A stretch of DNA of 64,000 nucleotides. Source: Verrucomicrobiota bacterium. Lineage in GTDB: Bacteria > Verrucomicrobiota > Verrucomicrobiia > Limisphaerales > AAA164-E04. Below the pieces are notes generated by a model that was given only the letters and a program-made list of their open reading frames with translations, had not been told where the DNA came from and did not search any database. Shown one piece after another: positions 30,224 to 40,599 of this stretch. The stretch covers positions 5,536,001-5,600,000 of the forward strand of contig CP170459.1 of NCBI GenBank assembly GCA_047947115.1, read 5' to 3'. Position 1 is the first letter of the stretch. Each line of letters opens with the position of its first letter. The translations under genes were made by a program, and so were the position numbers.

Positions 30224-32155
30224 TCACTCCTTGATGCTCACAGAACGATTGTCACGTTGGCGCAACAACCGCCGCAACGGTTCCTCGCTTAATTTCCCTG
30301 AATCATCCATTAGAAGTGCCGCATTCTTTGTGAAGAAAAGATTCTTCTGTTTCCACATTTCCATCGTATTCCTGTAGCTTTCCAGTCGAACCGGGTATTC
30401 ATCCATAAAATCAAAGGGCGGCAAATCATTAGGCCAGGCGGATTCCAGACTCCTGCGCCCAATATATCGAACCACCGGATAGGGATCCATCAACAACTGG
30501 GAAAGAAACGGCGGCATCCATTGCACGCCCGAAATCTCCTGCGCCGGTTTCCATCCCATGTGCCAGGCCACAATGGCACGTTGCGCTGCATGTCCTTTTA
30601 ACATCCACAAAAGCGCCGCTGAAACGCTTTTCTGCTCATCGGTCAGGGACAGGCTTGGAGCATTGTAACGATCCATCATGTGGGTTTGAGTCCACTCCAG
30701 AGTCTTGTCCAGATGACATAAATTACAGGCATTGGGCACGCCAAATACGGCGCTTCCCTGCAGTTTTGGTGATTTCATCTCGTGACTGCGAATGGCTCCA
30801 AACAGGGCATAAGTTGTGTGAGGCATATGGCAGTTCAAGCAATCGCTTCCAGAGGAGTCAGGCGCATGAAACGTGTGTTCGCTGATCCGGTCGTTGTATT
30901 TTGCCTCCTGATGACATTGTACACAGGCCTGGTTGGAATCCATTCCCGATTTCAATTGATCTTTCGGAGGAGATTGATGCATGGAATGACAAGAAAGGCA
31001 GGACATTTTTCCCGATAAATAGCATTCGGACGATGACATGGCTGTGAACTCGCGCCCGCCCGCAAGAATGGTTCCGTCCTCCCACCAACGTTCCTGAAAG
31101 AACTGAGGATTCTTCTCAAGTTCATCCCATCGCTCGGGAGGATCTCCTTCTTTCGGGTAGTGGATGTAATAACGCGTATCGAACAGGTTGTCACCCGGTT
31201 TGAATTGGACGCCTTCGTGGGCAATTTTCATTCCGACCCTGTTGTTGGGTATGAATACCCCATGGCACTGACCACACACATGACTGGAACGTTCATGGTT
31301 TAACTTGGCTGGGTTCACGATGGTAGTGTCATCCTTCGATCCCAGGTGGGTTTGATATCGGTGGATCGGATTCTGATGGAATGCAATATGCTCTTTGCCT
31401 GGTCCGTGACAGGCCTCACAGCTGATGCCCAATTCCGCCACTTTCGTTTCCAACATCCCCGTTTTATCATTCAATCCGGGATTCCAACCAGTACCGTGGC
31501 ATCGAATACAATGATGATTCCATTGTGTCACCATGCGCTCCTGGTCATCCGGCCCCCTCATAAATGCCGCTTCCCGGGGAATCCAACGCTGGTCTTTGAT
31601 CAGATAAACTAGTGGAAGTGTCTGCAAAATATTGTCCATACGAGGACTTTCCACCCAATAGGTCTGATAATGATGTGATCCGGTCGTCAGCACCACTTGG
31701 CGATTCACATGAGGAATCCTGGTCAAGTCTCCCCCCTTGCCGCCTTGTACGGCCTGCATCAGCAGATCCGGATCCGGCATGTTGGCCCAATAGGTCTGGT
31801 TGGTTTGCGTCACTGTGTAATCAAGCCCCTCTGATGAGATGGTTTGCCCACTAAAGTCTCCAAGAACATTACCTTCTACAGGTAACATGGTCATGGAACG
31901 ATGGAATGTCCGCATCCAGGAGGCATGTTCGTCTGGATGACAAGTTTTGCAAGTATCGGACGAGGAATAATTCCCAAAACCACCCAATTCCGGGAGTTGA
32001 TCCGCTAGAATCTTCTCAGATCTTATTTTGATAGTTGATTGATGTCTGGCCGACATCATGCCAAAGACCATCAACATTGAGATCAAAGCTCCTAGTGCAA
32101 AAAAGATTGCCAGGATAAATGATCTGCCGGGTTGATTGGGTTTAGGCGCTGTCAT
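30224..32155 (-). CDS. Membrane-anchored multiheme c-type cytochrome (8 CxxCH)
   Basis: CKTCH, CIRCH, CEACH, CGQCH, CLSCH, CVQCH, CLNCH, CNLCH; N-terminal TM after ATG 32155. The track's longer start at 32491 is unlikely. Confidence 0.88.
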   Translation of the reverse strand: MTAPKPNQPGRSFILAIFFALGALISMLMVFGMMSARHQSTIKIRSEKILADQLPELGGFGNYSSSDTCKTCHPDEHASWMRTFHRSMTMLPVEGNVLGDFSGQTISSEGLDYTVTQTNQTYWANMPDPDLLMQAVQGGKGGDLTRIPHVNRQVVLTTGSHHYQTYWVESPRMDNILQTLPLVYLIKDQRWIPREAAFMRGPDDQERMVTQWNHHCIRCHGTGWNPGLNDKTGMLETKVAELGISCEACHGPGKEHIAFHQNPIHRYQTHLGSKDDTTIVNPAKLNHERSSHVCGQCHGVFIPNNRVGMKIAHEGVQFKPGDNLFDTRYYIHYPKEGDPPERWDELEKNPQFFQERWWEDGTILAGGREFTAMSSSECYLSGKMSCLSCHSMHQSPPKDQLKSGMDSNQACVQCHQEAKYNDRISEHTFHAPDSSGSDCLNCHMPHTTYALFGAIRSHEMKSPKLQGSAVFGVPNACNLCHLDKTLEWTQTHMMDRYNAPSLSLTDEQKSVSAALLWMLKGHAAQRAIVAWHMGWKPAQEISGVQWMPPFLSQLLMDPYPVVRYIGRRSLESAWPNDLPPFDFMDEYPVRLESYRNTMEMWKQKNLFFTKNAALLMDDSGKLSEEPLRRLLRQRDNRSVSIKE

Positions 32156-32546
32156 ATGTGTGTGCGATCTGAAATTTGACAAACAGACATTCCATATAAC
32201 CAGGGTAAGGTGACGGTTTTCAAACAAAATGGAAAAGATTTGAAGGAGATCTGGAGCAACAGACAACCCGCAGGCTTTGGGCGCCGCGGTATGAGACAGA
32301 GAGGAAGCGGGAGCGTCCTGGAAAGCACTTTGCTGTCGTCGGGCGGTATGGCACCATGATTCAATCAGGATTGATCCCATCTGAATACTTTGAAAGCAAA
32401 CTCCATTATCAGAACGTTGAACTGACACTGCATGGGGACTACGAACCCAATTGTAACAATCTTGTGAACGCGTGGTTTCCGACTTTGCCAAATGGCAGAA
32501 TTTAAGGTAGGGTAGTGTCCGTCAATAATAACTCGCTCCTTTTTTA

Positions 32547-34082
32547 ATGATATCAGACCATGACTCTGACGGCTTGGCGTTGTTTGACAAGGACACGATT
32601 TCGAATCCTGATCCTGATCCAGCAGCGTCCCCTTCCCCCACCAAAAATAAACGCCCCAAAGCAAACCAGGGTCTAAAGGCACCTTCCAAAGTGGCCAAGA
32701 ACTTTATCCTGGACACGAATGTGCTATTGCATGATCCGTCTTGTATTGAGCGTTTTGACGACAACCATGTCTGTATTCCGGTAGAAGTGTTATCCGAATT
32801 GGATCGGTTTAAAAACGAGCCGTCGGACCGGGGAGCCAATGCGCGCGAAGTACATCGTAATTTGGTCAAACGATTTGAAAACAGCTCAGCGTCGATCACG
32901 TCAGGTATCCCTACGGCAGGTGGCGGAAGTTTGCGCATCGTGATCAGTGATATTGCCGAATCCAAGTCCACCCCTATCAAACGACTGAAAAGAGTCTTCA
33001 CCGAATGGGAAAAAGTGGACCATCGCATTCTCGCCTGCACTTTGCTGGTGCAGGAGCATAACACGGCCCCTGTAGTATTGGTAACCAAGGACCTGAACAT
33101 GCAGTTGAAGGCGAAGACACTGGGTATTCGCTGCGAAGATTATTTAAATGACAAGGTTTCGCCCAGGGAAATATCCAAATATGGCATACCACACATTGAT
33201 GTCAGCACAAGCGAACTGCAACGGTTTGCCAGTTCAGGCGTCCTGCCACTCCAGGATCGGACGGTCATCAAATCGATGCCTTGCAACCAATACCTGCTCC
33301 TACGCACCGAGTGCGGCAAAACCATGCCAGGCAGAATGGATTCCAATGGCATCCTTCATCGATTAAAAGGCGCCAATCAGATTCATATTCCTCGTGGTAT
33401 GAATTTGATTGCCCGGAATTTGGAACAACAATGCTTTTTGGACGCACTGCTCGATCCGATGATCTCATTGGTCACTTGCTATGGTCAGGCTGGAACAGGA
33501 AAAACATTGCTGGCAATGGCTGCAGGTCTTCAAATGGTGCTGGGTCAGGAATATGCCGGGATGACAGTCAGTCGTCCTGTGGTATCCATGGGCAAAGATA
33601 TTGGTTTTCTGCCCGGCACACTCGGTGAGAAAATGGATCCATGGTTGCAACCGATTCATGATGCGCTTGAGATTCTTTTGCGCCCGAACCAAAGCTCGAA
33701 AGACAAAAAACGCAGAAAGGAAGAACCAGCCCAACTTTCGGGCAGACAGTGGCAGGAGTCCTTGATCGAACAGGGATTATTGGAAATTGAAGCGCTCTGT
33801 TTCATCAGGGGACGATCCATCCCCAACCGCTATTTCGTTTTGGATGAAGCTCAACAATTGACTCCTTTGGAAGCAAAAACAGTGGTGACACGTATGTCAC
33901 AAGGTTCAAAATTGATCCTGATAGGTGATCCCGCTCAAATTGACAACCCCTACGTCGACAATAGAAGCAATGGACTTGTTTACACACGCAACAAGCTGAA
34001 AGGACAGCCATTCACCGCGCATGTATCACTCAATCGCGGTGAAAGAAGCGAACTTGCAGAGGTAGGCGCCACTTTGATGTAA
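32547..34082 (+). CDS. phoH: PIN-PhoH family ATPase
   Basis: FILDTNVLLHDP (PIN); GQAGTGKT; DIGFLPGTLGEKMDPW; IRGRS; LDEAQ; GDPAQID. Confidence 0.92.
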   Translation: MISDHDSDGLALFDKDTISNPDPDPAASPSPTKNKRPKANQGLKAPSKVAKNFILDTNVLLHDPSCIERFDDNHVCIPVEVLSELDRFKNEPSDRGANAREVHRNLVKRFENSSASITSGIPTAGGGSLRIVISDIAESKSTPIKRLKRVFTEWEKVDHRILACTLLVQEHNTAPVVLVTKDLNMQLKAKTLGIRCEDYLNDKVSPREISKYGIPHIDVSTSELQRFASSGVLPLQDRTVIKSMPCNQYLLLRTECGKTMPGRMDSNGILHRLKGANQIHIPRGMNLIARNLEQQCFLDALLDPMISLVTCYGQAGTGKTLLAMAAGLQMVLGQEYAGMTVSRPVVSMGKDIGFLPGTLGEKMDPWLQPIHDALEILLRPNQSSKDKKRRKEEPAQLSGRQWQESLIEQGLLEIEALCFIRGRSIPNRYFVLDEAQQLTPLEAKTVVTRMSQGSKLILIGDPAQIDNPYVDNRSNGLVYTRNKLKGQPFTAHVSLNRGERSELAEVGATLM

Positions 34083-34206
34083 GACATCGTATCGACTGCT
34101 ATTACAAGCATGTATTCATTTATTGAAACTTCGAATCCTGTTCCAAAAATAAAAAATTATACAAGTTCTTAACAGTATCGAAACCGAAACGTTTCTGAGT
34201 AGGCCG

Positions 34207-35652
34207 ATGATTTCCCTTCCTATGAACCGTTCTCGTCGTCACTTTTTCAAATCCGCAGGAATGACCGCAGCGGGCTTTCTTGGCATCCAGAAATTCTTGA
34301 CCACAGAGGTCTCTGGTCAAAGCATGTTCCCAAGGTCCTCCGGCCCCCAGGAATACCAAAATGAGGTCGACCGATACGGGAAACTCAACAAGGATCCAAG
34401 ACGACTATTGGATCTTCCTGAAGGTTTCAGCTATAAGGTACTTTCCGTGACTGGAGACGTGATGAGTGATGGATTGCGCACACCTGGCGCTCCCGATGGT
34501 ATGGCAGCATTCGCGGCCGAGAACGGAAAAGTGATTCTGGTTAGGAACCATGAACTTTCCGATAATCAAACGTTTGAAGGCCCCTTTGGTATTGTGAACG
34601 AACATTTGAACAAGCTGGATTTAAAAAAGCTGTATGATCCAGGTTCAGGAAAAATCCCTCAATTAGGCGGAACAAGCAACCTTGTGTTTGATCCAAAGAC
34701 ACAAAAACTGGAAAAACACTTTCTGAGCCTGGCCGGTACGGAACGCAATTGCGCAGGTGGCCCCACACCTTGGGGAACCTGGATTACCTGCGAAGAAACC
34801 GTATCGAAATCGGGAGACCATCGGGAAGTGGATCACGGTTACAACTTTGAAGTGCCGGCGACGGATGAAATCGGATTGGTGGATCCCGTGCCGCTGAAGG
34901 ATATGGGGCGTTTCAATCATGAAGCAGTTGCGGTAGATCCTGCCTCGGGAATTGTGTATCAAACAGAGGATCGGGATGACGGTTTGATCACTCGATTTAT
35001 TCCCAACGAGTCCGAAAACCTCAAGGCCGGAGGTAAACTGCAAGCGCTTGTCATCAAGGACCGCAGCAGTTGCGACACACGTAATTGGCCTGACACAGGA
35101 AAACCCAAATTTCCGGTGGAACAGGCTGTCGCAGTTGAATGGATGGATTTGGAAGACATACACAACCCCGATGATAAACTCCGCTCCAATGCTTATAAGG
35201 CAGGCGCTGCCATCTTTGCACGAGGAGAAGGCATGTGGTATGGGAACAATCGCATATACTTCGCCTGCACCAGTGGCGGCATTGCCAAATCCGGCCAAAT
35301 CTTTATTTATGAGCCCAGCCCCTATGAAGGAACAGCCAAGGAGGTGGAGCAACCCGGTAAGCTCATGCTATTTCTGGAACCCAACAACTCCAGACTGCTC
35401 GAGTATGGGGATAACCTAACGGTGGCTCCTTGGGGGGATGTGGTGCTTTGTGAGGATGGCGCTCGCGATCAGTATCTGCGCGGAATCACTCCTACAGGTA
35501 AAATCTACACGCTGGCCCGTTCCAGCTATGTGGGTAATTCCGAAATGTGCGGAGTTTGCTTTGCCCCCAATCATGCGACGCTATTCGTCAACATCCAAAA
35601 ACCTGGCATTACCCTGGCCATCACCGGACCTTGGAAAAATCTGGAGGCTTGA
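34207..35652 (+). CDS. phoX: Tat-exported alkaline phosphatase, PhoX family (DUF839)
   Basis: SRRHFFK; PDGMAAF; LVRNHE; NCAGGPTPWGTWITCEE; MGRFNHEA; RGEG; DNLTV; LCEDG. Confidence 0.92.
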   Translation: MISLPMNRSRRHFFKSAGMTAAGFLGIQKFLTTEVSGQSMFPRSSGPQEYQNEVDRYGKLNKDPRRLLDLPEGFSYKVLSVTGDVMSDGLRTPGAPDGMAAFAAENGKVILVRNHELSDNQTFEGPFGIVNEHLNKLDLKKLYDPGSGKIPQLGGTSNLVFDPKTQKLEKHFLSLAGTERNCAGGPTPWGTWITCEETVSKSGDHREVDHGYNFEVPATDEIGLVDPVPLKDMGRFNHEAVAVDPASGIVYQTEDRDDGLITRFIPNESENLKAGGKLQALVIKDRSSCDTRNWPDTGKPKFPVEQAVAVEWMDLEDIHNPDDKLRSNAYKAGAAIFARGEGMWYGNNRIYFACTSGGIAKSGQIFIYEPSPYEGTAKEVEQPGKLMLFLEPNNSRLLEYGDNLTVAPWGDVVLCEDGARDQYLRGITPTGKIYTLARSSYVGNSEMCGVCFAPNHATLFVNIQKPGITLAITGPWKNLEA

Positions 35653-35728
35653 TTGAATATCCCTCCTGTCCCGGCTTCAAAAGCATAGCCATATAAGCTG
35701 TATAAGCTTGTGGGGCCGGATAGTCATC

Positions 35729-36799
35729 TTAATTCAGACTGATTGAGGCTGAAATGAACTCTTCGGAAGAATAGGCTCTGGTCACTGCAGGTTTTCCGCA
35801 TTGCTTTCGAACCAACTGTTGACTGAACAGGTTCGCCGTGTTTTTCCATGTGAATGTTCTGGAAAAAGCCACGCAATCTGAACGGTCCAGAGTCAGACAT
35901 TTCTCGATAGCTGCGGATAGGTTATCATCCAAAGCTCCTGCCTTGGGATTCCGGATCACGTCGATCGGACCCGTCACTGGATAAGCGGCCACCGGCAAAC
36001 CGCACGCCATGGCCTCGAGCATGACCACTCCAAACGTATCGGTCTTGCTTGGGAACACAAAGACATCACCGGCGCGGTAACAGTCGGCCAAGTCCTTTCC
36101 ACGCTTAAATCCGGTCCAAACCACATCAGGAAACTGATGCTTAAGGGAATTAAAGGCAGGTCCATTGCCGATGACAACTTTGGTACCGGCCTGATCTGAA
36201 CGAAGAAATGCCTCTATATTTTTCTCACGTGCCACTCGGCCACAGTAAATCATGATGGGGCCAGGAAGGTGACGGAAGACGGATGATTCACCGGGAAAGA
36301 ATAGATCATGATCCACACCTCGTGTCCATACCCTGGTGTGCTGAATCCCTTGGCGATTGAGTTCGTCGCCGACGGATTTTGTCGGAACCAACACTTTCTC
36401 GGAAGCTGCATGAAACCGTCGAATGGCGGCAAATGTAAAAGATTCCGGAAGGCCGGTATAAGATTTCAAATATCGGGGAAATTGTGTGTGATAGGAACTG
36501 GTGAATCGAAACCCGTGTTTCCGACACCATTTTCTTCCAGCCATGCCTACCGGGCCTTCCGTGGCAATGTGAATGGCATCAGGTTGAAAAATTCCTACCT
36601 GCCTGATGAAAGCCGCTTGCGTCACCCACGCCAAGGGAATGGACTTGTAAAACGGACAAGGCATGGAAGGAAACAAGCCCGGATGAATCGTATGAACCAC
36701 ATGTCCGTCATTTTCCAACTCCCGGATCACATGCTGATAGCAGGTGACCACCCCGTTGATCTGGGGCTCCCATGCATCGGTAATCAATAGTAGGTTCAT
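35729..36799 (-). CDS. GT4 glycosyltransferase (Agt-like glycolipid synthase candidate)
   Basis: ITDAWEPQINGVV, IHIATEGPVG, FTSSYHTQFP, GRVAREKN, FPSKTDTFGVVMLEAMACG. Confidence 0.9.
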   Translation of the reverse strand: MNLLLITDAWEPQINGVVTCYQHVIRELENDGHVVHTIHPGLFPSMPCPFYKSIPLAWVTQAAFIRQVGIFQPDAIHIATEGPVGMAGRKWCRKHGFRFTSSYHTQFPRYLKSYTGLPESFTFAAIRRFHAASEKVLVPTKSVGDELNRQGIQHTRVWTRGVDHDLFFPGESSVFRHLPGPIMIYCGRVAREKNIEAFLRSDQAGTKVVIGNGPAFNSLKHQFPDVVWTGFKRGKDLADCYRAGDVFVFPSKTDTFGVVMLEAMACGLPVAAYPVTGPIDVIRNPKAGALDDNLSAAIEKCLTLDRSDCVAFSRTFTWKNTANLFSQQLVRKQCGKPAVTRAYSSEEFISASISLN

Positions 36800-36813
36800 G
36801 GAAGATATTCCGG

Positions 36814-38697
36814 TTAATTTTTACTGGATGAGGCTTCCTGCTGCGGGTCTGTTGCCAGGGAGTGCTGAGGACTGCCAAACGGAAACTCCGTTTGCCTTGT
36901 GAGTTCCAGAAGGCGGATCTTACCTGGGGAAACCCCCTTGTCCAGCAGTGGCAACCGCTCGCCTTCATGACGAATCAGCACCTCATCAGCTTGCTGATAA
37001 AGCATGCTCAGGTATTGATCCACCATTCCAGCCATGTTGTGATCATCCGTCAATTCCTGAACCTGATTTGACATATTGCATTGAGCCAACACGGAAATCT
37101 TTACTTTCAAAAGCTTGGCCGCCATCACCCCAACCAGCGCCATCGGCCCGCAGGAGAGGATCAACAGCTCAGTAAATCGTTCGCTTTCGATAAAAGAAAG
37201 AATTTCCATGAACGGTGGAAAGACAAATAGATTTTCCTGATTTTCGAGAATTTGAAACGTTCCCAGAGGCTGGAAATTCTTGACGTTCAAATCGACGACT
37301 GGTCTCGATTGTTGAGAGCTGATCAAGGTGACACTGCGATGTTGAGTCCGCGCTTCATTGACCCATTTCTGCAATGCATCACTGCGATCATGCAGATCTG
37401 TGACGGGATCCATCATGATGGCGACATTGGAACTTCGTTGGACCAAGCTCTGACTGACATCAAAATGTCGAGCCACATCCTGAATAAAGGACTCATCTTT
37501 ATGCTGTGTCGCAAAGGAGCCGATGTAAGGAGCAATTGAAAGAGAAATCGGTGCCAGCGAGGCCATGGATTGAAGGCTGTCGATAAAATTGCCTTCCTTC
37601 ATTTTATGGAAAAATCGTTTCAAAAACACCCAGCCCAGGTTCTGGCAGATGCGGCTTGAAAGAATGAAGCTGCGATCATAGTCCTGAAGATCCATTTCCG
37701 AAACAGGTGTTTGAAAAAGCTCCTGGAATTCAGTGACAACGGATCGTTCAGCTGAGGACATGCGCGCAAACGTAGCCATTTTACTCCATTTTCGAAAACG
37801 TGAACGCAATCCATTCTCAGAGGATGGTGCTACTGATCCTCCCTGATGCAGAATTTGCTGAAACAATTCAGTCAGCAGGTTATGACTGGGTCCATTCCCT
37901 CCGGAAACAGATTTGCGGTAATATTGATAGGCAATTTGATAAAAGCTCCGAGCCAGGAGTTTTGAATTCCCGGAAGAACCTGCCATCTCATGTTTGCCTT
38001 CTCGAAGGAAATTGAGATATTCCTCAACAGAATGCGCCTCAGGTGTTTCGGTATAGGCGCTGGCGATGTATAAACCACCATGATCATCACTTCCGCCGGT
38101 GAAACGCTTTATCCAGGGAGTATCTCCGACCGGTTGGATGCCATGCTTCTCGGCAGCGCGTTCAATCCAATCCTGATCCAGATTACGGAAAATCAAACGA
38201 ACCAGCTCGGCCGCTCTTGGGTCTCGTGTACCATTGATCCCTTCAAAACGATTGAAAAGGATGAGAATTTTTTCGACGTGCTCCGGGGAAACAGTGGTGT
38301 TGACCCTGAATAATGGATGAGCCAATGAATGAACAATGTCCTCCCTTACAAGATAATCCCGCAATTCGTAGATGTTGACTCGCAGCTTATCGATCTCCTT
38401 GAACTGATTCTCCGTAATACCGGTTGTCAATAAATGGAACTTGGCACCATCCTCCGGAAAATAAACAGTGACTTCGCAGCTGATGAACGTATTCGGAAGG
38501 TGTGCAATATCCAGAGCGCCATCAATTTTGTTGTGATCCGAAATGGTGACGAAGTTCATCCCCTTTTGGATGGCTTGATCGTATACTTCTCTGGGCTCGG
38601 TGTAGCATTCAGCTGAGCCAATACGACGCAGCACCCATTCACTGGGGCGATTTGAGTATTTTGTATGGACGTGGAGATCGGCTTTCGAGGTTTTCAT
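36814..38697 (-). CDS. PHP-family phosphoesterase fused to a truncated GT4 N-terminal domain
   Basis: ADLHVHT, TISDHN, LAHP, GGSDDHGG (PHP). A degenerate GT4 N-lobe follows, with no C-lobe. ATG 38697 overlaps the btaB stop (ATGA). Confidence 0.8.
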   Translation of the reverse strand: MKTSKADLHVHTKYSNRPSEWVLRRIGSAECYTEPREVYDQAIQKGMNFVTISDHNKIDGALDIAHLPNTFISCEVTVYFPEDGAKFHLLTTGITENQFKEIDKLRVNIYELRDYLVREDIVHSLAHPLFRVNTTVSPEHVEKILILFNRFEGINGTRDPRAAELVRLIFRNLDQDWIERAAEKHGIQPVGDTPWIKRFTGGSDDHGGLYIASAYTETPEAHSVEEYLNFLREGKHEMAGSSGNSKLLARSFYQIAYQYYRKSVSGGNGPSHNLLTELFQQILHQGGSVAPSSENGLRSRFRKWSKMATFARMSSAERSVVTEFQELFQTPVSEMDLQDYDRSFILSSRICQNLGWVFLKRFFHKMKEGNFIDSLQSMASLAPISLSIAPYIGSFATQHKDESFIQDVARHFDVSQSLVQRSSNVAIMMDPVTDLHDRSDALQKWVNEARTQHRSVTLISSQQSRPVVDLNVKNFQPLGTFQILENQENLFVFPPFMEILSFIESERFTELLILSCGPMALVGVMAAKLLKVKISVLAQCNMSNQVQELTDDHNMAGMVDQYLSMLYQQADEVLIRHEGERLPLLDKGVSPGKIRLLELTRQTEFPFGSPQHSLATDPQQEASSSKN

Positions 38698-39374
38698 GAG
38701 ATCAACTTTAAGAGTTTTGCTGGTTGAGCGGGGCGCTTGGATTGATGGGCGCTTTGGGGTGTCGGGCTGCCTATAAAAACAAAATAAGTCCAAAGCCCTG
38801 CATATGCCTGATATTTCCGAAAACTAATGGGTTGATGTTCGGAGACACATTCCATCAACAAATTCGGATCAAAATTCACATGGTTGATATCCATCCACTC
38901 TCTAAACCAGGTAAAAGGTGTCTCGAGAAAATCCAACACCATGAACAGACCGTCGGGCTGAAGACAATGCCTCGCTTCACGAATACACTGGAGACGAGCA
39001 TCCCCCATCATGGAAAGCGAATAGGAACAGAGTATCAGGTCGAAATTTTCCTCCTCATGAAATAACGTTGCTCCGAAAGGAGCTTTCATGAGGCTCACAC
39101 GTTTCCCTGCCACTCGTCGCAAGTTACGGTGTGCCTTTTGAAGCATGGATTCACTCAAATCAACACCGGTCAAATTTGATTCGGGAAATGCTTTTGCCAA
39201 CATGGCGAGATTCGCACCGGTGCCACAACCGATTTCCAAAATCCTTTTCGGTTGCTTGACGGCCCTTATCCATTCGGGAAGTCGGCGTCGCCCAAAAAGG
39301 AATGCCCATCGTGTCAAATCATAAATGGGGGCCTGTAGCTTGTAGTAGTTTCGAACTTTGTCTTGCTGGTCCAT
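38694..39374 (-). CDS. btaB: SAM-dependent methyltransferase, BtaB-like (betaine lipid synthesis)
   Basis: YYKLQAPIYDLTRWAFLFGR, LEIGCGTG, SYSLSM; directly downstream of btaA. Confidence 0.85.
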   Translation of the reverse strand: MDQQDKVRNYYKLQAPIYDLTRWAFLFGRRRLPEWIRAVKQPKRILEIGCGTGANLAMLAKAFPESNLTGVDLSESMLQKAHRNLRRVAGKRVSLMKAPFGATLFHEEENFDLILCSYSLSMMGDARLQCIREARHCLQPDGLFMVLDFLETPFTWFREWMDINHVNFDPNLLMECVSEHQPISFRKYQAYAGLWTYFVFIGSPTPQSAHQSKRPAQPAKLLKLIS

Positions 39375-39384
39375 CCTTCAATCC

Positions 39385-40599
39385 TCAGGAGGTAATGGTT
39401 GCGGTAAAAGTGCATCCGTACGTTCCAACTCGATCCAATGCATGCAATTCTGTCGCTGATGCTTCATCGATGCTCAATCGATCCGTGACCCAGGCCGGAA
39501 GAAATTCAATGCGCCGTGCCGCTGAACGCATCAGTACCTTTGCCCCGGGAGCCGCATGCTTGAAAATTTCCCTCCACTCCTCTTCCAATAATTCAGGCGC
39601 AACGTGCGCCAGCCAATCCTGGTGATCCAGGAGCACGAAGTTGGTGAACGTTTCCGATGTTTGCTGAAGGTACTGGGTCAGAGTTCTCGTATGGGTTTCA
39701 ATTCTGGCAGCGCGGTCCTTCAGAAAGGAATAATGCTCCTTTTTCAGATAATTCGGACAGCATTCTCTGGTGTAAAACCCCTTGATGTACACATGCCAGA
39801 AATAGTTGTCATGGATGGGCGTTTTGGTCAGGGCCTGTCGTAAACTTGCCTTGATGTGCTCGATCATGCCCTCGTTTGGGTAACTGGATTGGATCAAATC
39901 CATTTGAGCCGTTGGAACTCCCAACAAGGTCATCAATGAAGGTTGCTTCAAAAACCAACAAACCAACCGGTTCAACAGGACGGGTTCAATGCTCGCATAA
40001 ATTCTGGCCTGATCATCCAGGCTGTCCGCTTCCAGCAAACTCATCACCGTATGCCGCAATCTCGGCGAGCGCTTTAAGAACTGATGAAAGCAGAAAGCTG
40101 CTTTACCGGATGTTCCCTGGAAATAGAATGATGGAAATACCTTGTTCCGCCGAAAATAGTGTTGCCTTTCATCCCAATACCTCGCGGCATACGCAGGAAG
40201 ATTGGGTTTCATATATCGGTACAGACTTTCAAATGAATGGTGTTGTCCGCAACCGAACAGGCGCCAAAGATCCGCATATGAAAGTGTCTTGAACACCGCC
40301 TTTTTCAATTCCAACAAGGCATTCTGTCGATAGTTCATATCGACACAGACAACCTTTTCAGGATCGTCCAACAAGTAATCAAGGGCGTTGCACCCAGCGC
40401 TGGTGATCATCAGCACACGACTGGATGCATCCATCGTCATCCAACTTCGATCCATTCGGGGATCCTCCCAGCAGGTGTTGTAAATAAGCTGACTACCGTG
40501 GATTCGACGGAACCACTTTTGGTTCATTCCGTTCAACAAACGGCGACCACTGGATTGAACACATGCCTTGGGGCCTGGATAAACAAAATACATGCTCAC
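39385..40599 (-). CDS. btaA: BtaA / DUF3419 SAM:diacylglycerol 3-amino-3-carboxypropyl transferase (start uncertain)
   Basis: LIYNTCWEDPRMD, ITSAGCNALDYL, VDMNYRQNALLELK, DNYFW, LLDHQDW, DRVGTY. Confidence 0.9.
   Translation of the reverse strand: MSMYFVYPGPKACVQSSGRRLLNGMNQKWFRRIHGSQLIYNTCWEDPRMDRSWMTMDASSRVLMITSAGCNALDYLLDDPEKVVCVDMNYRQNALLELKKAVFKTLSYADLWRLFGCGQHHSFESLYRYMKPNLPAYAARYWDERQHYFRRNKVFPSFYFQGTSGKAAFCFHQFLKRSPRLRHTVMSLLEADSLDDQARIYASIEPVLLNRLVCWFLKQPSLMTLLGVPTAQMDLIQSSYPNEGMIEHIKASLRQALTKTPIHDNYFWHVYIKGFYTRECCPNYLKKEHYSFLKDRAARIETHTRTLTQYLQQTSETFTNFVLLDHQDWLAHVAPELLEEEWREIFKHAAPGAKVLMRSAARRIEFLPAWVTDRLSIDEASATELHALDRVGTYGCTFTATITS

Noticed and set aside
32156..32491. N-terminal extension of the multiheme cytochrome given by the ORF track
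   Set aside because: Low-plausibility sequence before the TM anchor; more likely the divergent promoter region shared with phoH.
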